Of a DNA stretch of 22,925 nt, positions 7,702 to 15,951 are shown piece after piece. The stretch comes from an uncultured bacterium. GTDB lineage: Bacteria > SAR324 > NAC60-12. The stretch spans positions 1 through 22,925 of the forward strand of contig CAXGMD010000055.1 of NCBI GenBank assembly GCA_964010765.1. Reading direction: 5' to 3'. Each line of letters starts with the position of its first letter. The stretch's first letter is position 1. The position numbers and the translations under genes were made by a program. Under the pieces are notes generated by a model that saw only the letters and a program-made list of their open reading frames with translations, searched no databases and was not told the DNA's origin.

Positions 7702-9378
7702 TCAATCTAAAACTATGTAGTTCGCGCTGAAAGGAGGACTGTCAATTAACAACAATGAATCGGAGAGCGTCCACTTATTAGCCGGGACTTTCCAGTATTT
7801 TTCTGGTCCTCCGGCAACATATGGTCCGGTCATCCCATTTATAAAAGTCTTTCTTGAAAGAGGATTTTCATTGTACACTTCAAATTGATAGGCTGTATCG
7901 AAAGCCTCATCGTTTTTGACATTGATTGAGACTTTATGAGATTTCGGACTGCCATTTAAAATAACTAGTCCGACTTCACCACTAGAGAAACTAGAGGCAT
8001 GTATCCTCACTTGGTCATTGTTTGTTCGTACGTCAAAATAAGTATCTCCGAAGCATTTGTTGTACAAGTAATAGTGATAGAACGAAGGGTGCGGAGTTAA
8101 CTCTGGCACATCATATTCTTTAGGGGAAGAAAAAACACCATGATCTTCGCCATCAGAGTAACCATTTACCAGGTCCCACATCATGGCAGAGCCGTAACCC
8201 TGTCTAATGAATTCACCTAAGGCATGGGATATAAACAGTCCAGCTGAGTGAGAAACATTCGTTGCGCCATCATTTGCGCTGATTGTTGCCCTGCTTCGCG
8301 TATTGAACTCTGTTAATGCGATTGGTATGGCGTTCGCTCCAGTCCCATCGAGTTTTTCGAGGGCGTCATTGACCACTTGTATATGTGAATAAGCAGTGTC
8401 TACGGAAGCGAACATCTGTTCAGGGCTTAAAATGGCCTTGAAGTCAGTAAAATAGTCATGCAAGACGTAGTAATCGGCATGGCCTAGTATTTCTGGTAAG
8501 ACCTTTGCGTTCCATTCTGACTGCACTGGATTATTAGTCTTTGGCTTTTGATAGCCCACTACACCGATTTTGATAGAAGGATCAACGGACTTCATTGCTT
8601 CAATGAAAACACGGCAGTGCCTACCGTATTTCGCAGGGTCAATTTGTCCGCGTTCAGGAACATTATAACCGGCTTGCCAAGGCCCCCAATTTTCGTTACC
8701 AATTTCCCAAAATTTAATTCCAAGATTACGTTTTATGTTGGCATCTCTGACCCAATCTGCAGCATATGCTGCAGCTAACTGCACACGCTCGTCTTCATCT
8801 GCAATTTCCCCGTAGAGAGCAAAGGAATAATTTATGCAGATTGATCCAGTAGCACCGGTTCTCAGTAAAAGTTGGTAATAATGCTCTGGGCTGAATTTGA
8901 AATTGCCTTCGTACCCCAATTTAGGAGGGGTGTATCGGCCATTATTTTTCCATATCGTATCGGGAACACCCAAAGGGCAGTCAGATACATCTGCTGCACT
9001 CCAAAAAAAGTCATTTGATGCATTTCCTCCCGGATAACGAATGATGGAAGTGCCCATATCTTGGATTGGTAATACGAACTCTTCGTTCTCCAGATTTGCT
9101 CGATTAACCCAAATTCCAAGATTATTTCCGAATATGTATTTGCTGATTCTCGTTAAGGGAGTAGATAAGTCTAATTCCGCAGTAACACTGGCATCTCCGG
9201 ACGGGCAAATTACCGCATTGGACTTTTTTGGAGTAGAAAATGTTCTTGGTTGCCAATCATCGAGAAACCAACCCGGGTTGCCAGTTAGTGCCGGCCTTTG
9301 CGAATAAGAGGGCGGCAAACATGCAATGCTAGAGAGCACAACAAAAAGTATTGAAAGAAATTCTTCTTTTGCGCTCAT
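7702..9378 (-). CDS. Clan GH-A glycoside hydrolase (GH51/alpha-L-arabinofuranosidase-like fold), no C-terminal tag
   Basis: IRYPGGN, FWEIGNENWG (probable acid/base Glu) and IALTEFN (probable nucleophile), followed by a C-terminal beta-sandwich ending PPFSANYIVLD. Signal peptide ...SYS|Q. Confidence 0.8.
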   Translation of the reverse strand: MSAKEEFLSILFVVLSSIACLPPSYSQRPALTGNPGWFLDDWQPRTFSTPKKSNAVICPSGDASVTAELDLSTPLTRISKYIFGNNLGIWVNRANLENEEFVLPIQDMGTSIIRYPGGNASNDFFWSAADVSDCPLGVPDTIWKNNGRYTPPKLGYEGNFKFSPEHYYQLLLRTGATGSICINYSFALYGEIADEDERVQLAAAYAADWVRDANIKRNLGIKFWEIGNENWGPWQAGYNVPERGQIDPAKYGRHCRVFIEAMKSVDPSIKIGVVGYQKPKTNNPVQSEWNAKVLPEILGHADYYVLHDYFTDFKAILSPEQMFASVDTAYSHIQVVNDALEKLDGTGANAIPIALTEFNTRSRATISANDGATNVSHSAGLFISHALGEFIRQGYGSAMMWDLVNGYSDGEDHGVFSSPKEYDVPELTPHPSFYHYYLYNKCFGDTYFDVRTNNDQVRIHASSFSSGEVGLVILNGSPKSHKVSINVKNDEAFDTAYQFEVYNENPLSRKTFINGMTGPYVAGGPEKYWKVPANKWTLSDSLLLIDSPPFSANYIVLD

Positions 9379-11351
9379 GGACAGATCAATCCAAAAGAAG
9401 CTAAGAAAAGTAACAAATCCTCAATGCTAATAAACCCACTTCCGTTAACGTCTCCCGGGCAACCCGCACCTGACACAAATTCGCACGAACCATCGTCATG
9501 ATTTGCGATAGCATTAAAGTTTGAAGCTTGCACGTATGTGCATCCTGCAAGGACCGGTGTTTGGCACGAACCGTCGTCGGCTACCGCCAAAGGGTTGAAT
9601 TCGAGAAAGTTGGGGTCCATGCATCCTTCTGTATTGCAGTTACCCGGTTCGGCTATTATCAGATTGTATTGCACAGCCTCGGCAAGGCCGGTGGATTCGT
9701 CTAATTCAAACATTGCTTGAATACTTGAATTTGAGAAAACTTCGCCATCAAAAACTATAGGTTCACATGACTCAATTGTTATGATAGTATCTGCAGAAGC
9801 TCTTGAAAATGCTAAAATCGAAAAAGGTGGCACTGTAAAAGTGACTGTATCAGGTTCTAAAGCCCCGAATCCGTTGAGACTCTCAACATTTTCCGGGCCT
9901 CCTTCAGAATAAGGAGAACCGATACCATTTATGAGTACAGACTTGTCCGATTCATTTTCTGCATTGAGAATGTCCCAGTGAATGAAAGGAAAATTCGAGG
10001 ATGTAGAGGGCCATGACACTGTGCGCGAGAATTGCCCGGAATTGATCAGGATCCCTCCTTTGGCGCCATTCGCATGAGTAGTTTCATAAGCCGTAAAATG
10101 AAGGTAGTTTGTCTCCATTCGCTGAATCGCGTAACCAAGATATTTCTGGAGCAGCCAGTATGTATAAAAAATTGGACGTGGAGCTCCGTCGGGCAAGCCA
10201 GGGGTATTCTGGGCAAGAAGGCCGTGACTTCCTCCATCCTCCGAAACTCCTCCTTGAATATTCCAAATCAGGGACATCTCAAAACCTTCCATAATTTGCT
10301 CCAAAAGAACACGCGAAATAAAAAGGGCATTAGCCATCGCCACCTCACGATGTCCCGTATTAGAATTGAATTCGGTGAATGCCACAGGAAAATGATCCGC
10401 TGGTTTATCGGTGTATAGGTTAACCATATCAGCGACGGCTTCAGCATCCTCTGAAACTTCTACAATACTGCCCATCATCTGGTCGTATGTGATATTATTC
10501 TCATTAGGCGCCCAAGCGAAGTAATCATGAACGACGAGAAAATCGGCGTCGTTTTCAACCTCAGGCAGGACTTGCGCCGTCCAATCGTTGTATTCTTCAT
10601 CAATGGGATAAATGACCGCACCAAGCTGTATTGTTGGATCCACGGATTTCATTGAATCAGCGAAAACCCTAAAAATTTGACCGTACATCTCCCCGGTCAG
10701 GAGCTCCCCTTCCACCATAGATCCCGCTTGCCAACTCCCATAATTTTCGTTTCCGATTTCCCAATAGCGCACATATTTACCGAGTGTTTGATTCACGTGC
10801 CTTACCCAATCAGCGGCATAGCTTGCGGCTTGTTCAACCCGGTCCAAACCCCATCCATAACGCGCATAGGAAAAATTTACTACCAAAACGGGCTCTCCTC
10901 CGATGGAATCGCACAGTAAAAAAAGTTCGTCAGTACCCATACTTGACCCGTCTGGATCAATCAAGTCAGATGCGGTAACCACATCATCCTGCCGGATGAG
11001 TGCAGGCGGATTACCATCCCAAAAATACCGATTCGCTCCATTTCCACCTGGGAACCGAATGAATCCTGGACCAACTGTTTTGCTCCTTGCGATTATTATG
11101 GAATCAGATGCAGAATCGTCTCCGAGAAAATGATTGTGCGTATATCCAAAATGAGTGGTTCTAATTGGTTTTAATGGCCCTTGCACGGTTAGAACAGATT
11201 GAGAGACACTTCCATCATTCAAAGAAGACATCAATACTGTCACAGGAGCATCAAATTCCCTAGAAATAGCCAATGGGAAAACTTCATCATTTTGGCATAG
11301 CAATGCCCCTATGGCAAGCGATTGAAGAAAAAAGATAACGAACCATTTCAT
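9375..11351 (-). CDS. Clan GH-A glycoside hydrolase (GH51-like paralog) with a C-terminal Cys-rich plus dockerin/EF-hand-like module
   Basis: IRFPGGN, YWEIGNENYG, VAFTEFN and VPPFS, colinear with the neighbouring GH. The ATG at 11351 is preferred over the track's TTG at 11357. Its stop overlaps the next start (ATGA, 9375-9378). The tail runs GCMDPNF...CPGDVNGSGFISIEDLLLFLASFGLICP. Confidence 0.8.
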   Translation of the reverse strand: MKWFVIFFLQSLAIGALLCQNDEVFPLAISREFDAPVTVLMSSLNDGSVSQSVLTVQGPLKPIRTTHFGYTHNHFLGDDSASDSIIIARSKTVGPGFIRFPGGNGANRYFWDGNPPALIRQDDVVTASDLIDPDGSSMGTDELFLLCDSIGGEPVLVVNFSYARYGWGLDRVEQAASYAADWVRHVNQTLGKYVRYWEIGNENYGSWQAGSMVEGELLTGEMYGQIFRVFADSMKSVDPTIQLGAVIYPIDEEYNDWTAQVLPEVENDADFLVVHDYFAWAPNENNITYDQMMGSIVEVSEDAEAVADMVNLYTDKPADHFPVAFTEFNSNTGHREVAMANALFISRVLLEQIMEGFEMSLIWNIQGGVSEDGGSHGLLAQNTPGLPDGAPRPIFYTYWLLQKYLGYAIQRMETNYLHFTAYETTHANGAKGGILINSGQFSRTVSWPSTSSNFPFIHWDILNAENESDKSVLINGIGSPYSEGGPENVESLNGFGALEPDTVTFTVPPFSILAFSRASADTIITIESCEPIVFDGEVFSNSSIQAMFELDESTGLAEAVQYNLIIAEPGNCNTEGCMDPNFLEFNPLAVADDGSCQTPVLAGCTYVQASNFNAIANHDDGSCEFVSGAGCPGDVNGSGFISIEDLLLFLASFGLICP

Positions 11352-11372
11352 GGTCAAGGGCAGATTCCAATT

Positions 11373-13073
11373 TTACCTTTTGATGACCCTGAAAGTTTCA
11401 ATCAGTTGGCCATCAGCAGAAGTCCTTAGCGTAATAAAATACAAACCTGGTTCTAGTCCATGCAACGGGATCCTCGACACATTATCCTGCTTCGAAGTAT
11501 TAATAAGCCTTCCTGAATGCGACGATATTTCGAAGCGATAATTCTCGAAGTTTGTCGGCGCCTCAATTATCAAATAATCGCTTGTGGGGTTTGGAAATAA
11601 GCGAAATCCTAATTCGCCTCTGACTCGGGCCACCTGGGTCGTCTCGGGGCATTCGTAGTCTTCCGGATTGAGTGTGGCACCGTCAATGTAATATACGCCT
11701 TGGGATAAAAACTGGATTTTCACAACACGTATTCCTTCATTGACAGTACTATCTGCTGTGAATTGCCAGCAGAACTCAGTCCAGTCCGTTGAAGTTGTTT
11801 TGGTTTCGCTGTGTAATGCAGTAAAGGGGAAATCTGCATACGCAGTCATAAGATTGAATTCTAGTCCGTCTGTACTTCCTTTCATCCATATGCTTACTGA
11901 GTAGGTAGAATCTTCCACCATACCGGATCGGCAACTAGAAAGCTGTATTGATGAGTTTTGCTCCCCCGGGCTATTCACCTCGGCATAAGCACTTACAACT
12001 CCATCGTAAGTGGTCGCAGGAGTCGCTGATATTGTAGCCGAAGCATCTTCCGAGACCGAAGTCACCCACGATTCCAAAGCCAATTCAAAATTTCCGTTAC
12101 AAATAGCAGGCGTAGGCGGGATTTCCTCAATCCATACATCATCAATCCAATATTCGCCCTCATTTGGGAAGGCAAATTTTGCCAGCCTTATCCCGTTAGT
12201 TTCCTCTTCAGCATAGGTTATAAACGAATACTGCTGCCACTCAGTCGTCAGAGTAGCGTCGAGACTACCATAAACTGTGTATGGTGGATTTTGAAGTGAT
12301 GCTTTCGCTTCAATTGTCACGCTGGGGTCATTCGACTTTGCCCAGAAATGCACCATGATAGAGGTCGCCTGCGGCAAGAATGATGAGCAACTCGAAAATA
12401 TGGGCGTTCCCAATTCTGTATCAGACACGGTTAATTTGGCACAAGAGTTGCCAGTTACAGACTCAAATTCGTCAACTTCAGCTGCAATAGCACCATTATT
12501 TTGATTGACTGCCCAGGAGTCAAAGCCATTTTCGAAACTTCCTTGGCAGACTTCAGGGGCAAGGTCGAATACCTCGATTTGAATATCATCTATCATCACG
12601 AGACCTTCGCTCAAAAATTTGAATTTTGCCAAACGAATGTCTGCTAGGTAGTCTTCGGTTACACTTCCAACAATTTCATACTGTGTCCATTCTGAGCCAA
12701 GTGTAAAGTTTCCTGTTGCGAAATTGTTATAACCTGGAGTAGCTTTTGATATTGTTGCAAGGACTTCAACGTTATTTTCCGATCTCGCCCAAAAGGACAT
12801 CCTGTAGTTTTGATTCGCGATCATATCGGAAACACATGAACTTAAGACACATGTTCCGGAACTGATGTTTTCAATTGAAATGAGGGCGCCAACTTGTCCT
12901 GCAAATGCTGCTGTCGTTGAAGTATCAAAAGACGCTAAGGCGCCATTATTAGCGAAGTTTTGCCACTCCGATAATCCCGATTCAAAAGAGGCGTTGCAAA
13001 CTCCTTCAACTTGAGAGTGACTTTGAAAGTAAGATGTGCATATTGTCAGGAAGAGTATGAGTCGTTTCATCAT
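11373..13073 (-). CDS. T9SS type A cargo protein with three tandem CBM4/9-like modules, no recognisable catalytic domain
   Basis: Three ~148-aa repeats begin VCNASFESGLSEW, VCQGSFENGFDSW and ICNGNFELALESW. Each has (F/I)W(A/M)(R/K), EWxQY/DWTEF and IDD/IDG motifs. The C-terminal FRLFPNPTSD...LHGLEPGLYFITL...TFRVIKR is a Por secretion tail. Confidence 0.85.
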   Translation of the reverse strand: MMKRLILFLTICTSYFQSHSQVEGVCNASFESGLSEWQNFANNGALASFDTSTTAAFAGQVGALISIENISSGTCVLSSCVSDMIANQNYRMSFWARSENNVEVLATISKATPGYNNFATGNFTLGSEWTQYEIVGSVTEDYLADIRLAKFKFLSEGLVMIDDIQIEVFDLAPEVCQGSFENGFDSWAVNQNNGAIAAEVDEFESVTGNSCAKLTVSDTELGTPIFSSCSSFLPQATSIMVHFWAKSNDPSVTIEAKASLQNPPYTVYGSLDATLTTEWQQYSFITYAEEETNGIRLAKFAFPNEGEYWIDDVWIEEIPPTPAICNGNFELALESWVTSVSEDASATISATPATTYDGVVSAYAEVNSPGEQNSSIQLSSCRSGMVEDSTYSVSIWMKGSTDGLEFNLMTAYADFPFTALHSETKTTSTDWTEFCWQFTADSTVNEGIRVVKIQFLSQGVYYIDGATLNPEDYECPETTQVARVRGELGFRLFPNPTSDYLIIEAPTNFENYRFEISSHSGRLINTSKQDNVSRIPLHGLEPGLYFITLRTSADGQLIETFRVIKR

Positions 13074-13217
13074 GCTTGTTTTTGGCTAGGCTGCTTCGGA
13101 TTATGAGCGTCATTCGTGAGAGAATCTACGAAAAACTGCTGATTTAGCAGTATCGATTGAGACTAATTTTCTCGCCTGGAAGAGATTATTAAATCAAGCT
13201 ATTGTGAAGCAACATAT

Positions 13218-14213
13218 CTAAAAAGGCTCATCGGGAGTAAGGATGATATAGTCGGCGTCAAAACCGAACGTGCCATCTGCGGTACCTACTTGGCTTATGG
13301 TTATATCTAATCTCAAAATCCTATCAAGATCAAGAAGCCCTCCGTTTACAGAGACGTTGTTGCCTGATAAATCCAAGGATAAATCGGATAAAGGCAGATT
13401 CATTCTTTGCCATTGGCCGTCTGCCGCTATTGGCACTTTCGTTGTGAAAACTTCGTCATCACCGGAATTGATTATTCCGTCATCATTTGAGTCTTCGAAT
13501 ACTTTAATCACTGTCGCAGAACCTTCGAATTCGCTTCTTAAGTGCAGATTCAAAAACGAATCTGCGACTGTAATATTTGATAAATTGGCAGGATCTATTG
13601 TGATTCTTAGTGCACCAAACCAAGTTGCAGGTCCCGATCCAAACCCGGTCATATATGTTGAGCCTTCAACAGCGTCAGGGGCGTTATTGACTGTTTCCAA
13701 ATAGTCTGTAAAATCGCCACTGGTTAGGCTGAAAGCAGAGGGATCTTCGAAAGAAGTTAGCAACACACCTTTGAACGATAAATCAGGCTGTTCCCAGACA
13801 AAAACAGAATCTAATTGGGTGCTTTCAGGATGATCATCGAATTTAAGAACACAATGCACCCACTCCATAGGGCCGAAAAAAACATTGTCACAATCTCCTC
13901 CCCAATTAACGTCAGACAAATTGGCTCCTTTTCCCGAAATAGAATATTTGGCACCCGAAGACTGGCCTGTTAGCGAAAGGGTATAATCCACTTCTAAGTT
14001 GAACTCAGCTGAAAATTCGACCTTCTCGTTTGCTTCAAAATGAACCCCGTTGGGGCTATTGTGAGAGAACGCGGTCAATAATTCCAGCTCACCATATAGC
14101 CCACTCAAATCAGGGCCAAGAGGTTCCTCTTTTGCACACCCAACGAAAGCTAAGATGATAACAAGACTTCGAGACAATATCCGAGGGTTTGGGGATGGAT
14201 TTAGGAAAGTCAT
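13218..14213 (-). CDS. Lipoprotein, probable glycan-binding surface protein (C-terminal CBM11/CIA30-like beta-sandwich)
   Basis: Lipobox-like ILAFVG|C followed by AKEE. The C-terminal half (LLTSFED...DGQWQRMNLPLSDL...FDADYIILT) resembles galactose-binding-like folds. Confidence 0.6.
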   Translation of the reverse strand: MTFLNPSPNPRILSRSLVIILAFVGCAKEEPLGPDLSGLYGELELLTAFSHNSPNGVHFEANEKVEFSAEFNLEVDYTLSLTGQSSGAKYSISGKGANLSDVNWGGDCDNVFFGPMEWVHCVLKFDDHPESTQLDSVFVWEQPDLSFKGVLLTSFEDPSAFSLTSGDFTDYLETVNNAPDAVEGSTYMTGFGSGPATWFGALRITIDPANLSNITVADSFLNLHLRSEFEGSATVIKVFEDSNDDGIINSGDDEVFTTKVPIAADGQWQRMNLPLSDLSLDLSGNNVSVNGGLLDLDRILRLDITISQVGTADGTFGFDADYIILTPDEPF

Positions 14214-14214
14214 G

Positions 14215-15951
14215 TCAAAAAGTAGTTGTAAATAAAAATAATATACGCGAGATGACCGCTGACTGATTAATTGAATAGTTGTCTAAAGCCCAATGCTGCC
14301 ATTGAATAGTTGCTTGGGTGTTATCATTTAGGCTCCACTTTAACCCAATCGCTTGAATCTTATCGTCAAAATCGAGCACAATACGGTCGAAATCAGTTAT
14401 TACAAAATCCACATTCCTGTCAGCTAGATACTCTGTGCCTCGTGCATTGATAAATTTTGCACCATAGAGAAGCGATACTGATTCAATTATCTCCCAGTGT
14501 CCACCTATGTCGAAGAGCCGAGTTTTCAGATTGACAGGGTCAATTAAGTTGTTATCTCTTCGTACGTTTTGTAACCTACACCCGCCGTTGATTATAAGCT
14601 TTCTTTTTCCTTCCCAGAGTGAAGACAATGCAAAGTGACCTTTAGTCTCGTAATTTGTGTAACCCCGTCTTCTACTCACTCCCTCAGGGGTTAAATCTTG
14701 CTGGATTGATGAAACCAATTTAAGAGACCAGCGCTCGCCAATACCACCCCTGGCAATCTGCAAAGAAATTCCTCTGCGATTCGGAGTGGATTTACCATAG
14801 GGACTGGCGGTGCCGTATCTCGCGTCATAAGACATTAATTCTCTCTGCACCAGCTGGTTCCATGGTCTTTCTCCGCGGGGTAAATATGATGATGTTAAGA
14901 GATCTCCTTGAGATAAATCACGATTCCAGTTACCATTATTAATCTGTGCAAACGAGCTGGGAACTTGATTGAATCGTATTCTTTTTGATTGTGAGGCTGG
15001 AGATATGTACGTATCTGCTACCGAATGAGCTTCTACAGTTGCGCTCCATTTATTAGACCAAGAAGTTGAACCTTGAATATCCCAAAATCCACCTCGAATA
15101 TTATTACCGTTGTCGAATGGTGAAGAGGATGGATCGGCAGCTGAGGAACTGAAAGAACCACCGGCTTCACCTCGAATTAAAACGGATGCAATCGAAAGTG
15201 AAAAGTCAGCGCTGAGTGCAGCCACATTGAGGCTCGACCCGCCAGGAACTGTATTTCCGAGCACAGCAAAATCCTGTGCTCTAATTGCCAAGTAAATCTT
15301 GGGCTTAGTAATTTTAATTTCAACACCACCCATTAAAACCTCTGGCCGTATTATTTCGTCCGATGCTTGTATTCGCGATATGAAATTTGAAATCTTAAAA
15401 TTAGAACTATCGCCTAGTGTCCAAAGGCCTTGGAACTTAGCTCCTTTTAGCCTCCATTGATTGCCCTCAGAGAAATTCTCATAATCTTGTAATTCTCTCC
15501 ATTGGGCAAAAAGTTCAGATTCGCCAACATTACCTTCCGCATTATTATTCCAAATCGTGAAGGGTGTCCACGAAACGTCAATGTCACCAATTTCGTAATG
15601 CCATGTTTTATTGATTTGACCTGAAATGACAATCCGACGCAGTTGAGCATAAGAAGCGCTTGTATCGAAGAGGGCGAGGTTGGTGCCAAGCCGTAGTTCT
15701 GAGTAAACTTCAGCTTTTGGAGTTAATCTTCCGCGGATTGCTAGATCAATTAAAGCATGCGATTCGACGTCGATATCCGTGCTTACTGAATCTTCGTTCG
15801 ATAAGTAGCCAACATTAGTTACTCCTCTTGAGTAACCTCCTAATTCGAATTGAGGAAATTGACATATTGCAGAATTCAGAAAAATTATTCCCAAGGAAAG
15901 CAATGGCAGACGAGGGGATGATCCACGATTAGACTTGCTTACTGATATCAT
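14215..15951 (-). CDS. Uncharacterised outer-membrane beta-barrel-like protein
   Basis: Signal peptide ...AIC|Q and many alternating amphipathic strands (FELGGYSRG, LIDLAIRG, FDIGGHWEI, AIGLKWSL). The terminal strand ILFLFTTTF ends in Phe, like a BAM beta-signal. Confidence 0.7.
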   Translation of the reverse strand: MISVSKSNRGSSPRLPLLSLGIIFLNSAICQFPQFELGGYSRGVTNVGYLSNEDSVSTDIDVESHALIDLAIRGRLTPKAEVYSELRLGTNLALFDTSASYAQLRRIVISGQINKTWHYEIGDIDVSWTPFTIWNNNAEGNVGESELFAQWRELQDYENFSEGNQWRLKGAKFQGLWTLGDSSNFKISNFISRIQASDEIIRPEVLMGGVEIKITKPKIYLAIRAQDFAVLGNTVPGGSSLNVAALSADFSLSIASVLIRGEAGGSFSSSAADPSSSPFDNGNNIRGGFWDIQGSTSWSNKWSATVEAHSVADTYISPASQSKRIRFNQVPSSFAQINNGNWNRDLSQGDLLTSSYLPRGERPWNQLVQRELMSYDARYGTASPYGKSTPNRRGISLQIARGGIGERWSLKLVSSIQQDLTPEGVSRRRGYTNYETKGHFALSSLWEGKRKLIINGGCRLQNVRRDNNLIDPVNLKTRLFDIGGHWEIIESVSLLYGAKFINARGTEYLADRNVDFVITDFDRIVLDFDDKIQAIGLKWSLNDNTQATIQWQHWALDNYSINQSAVISRILFLFTTTF

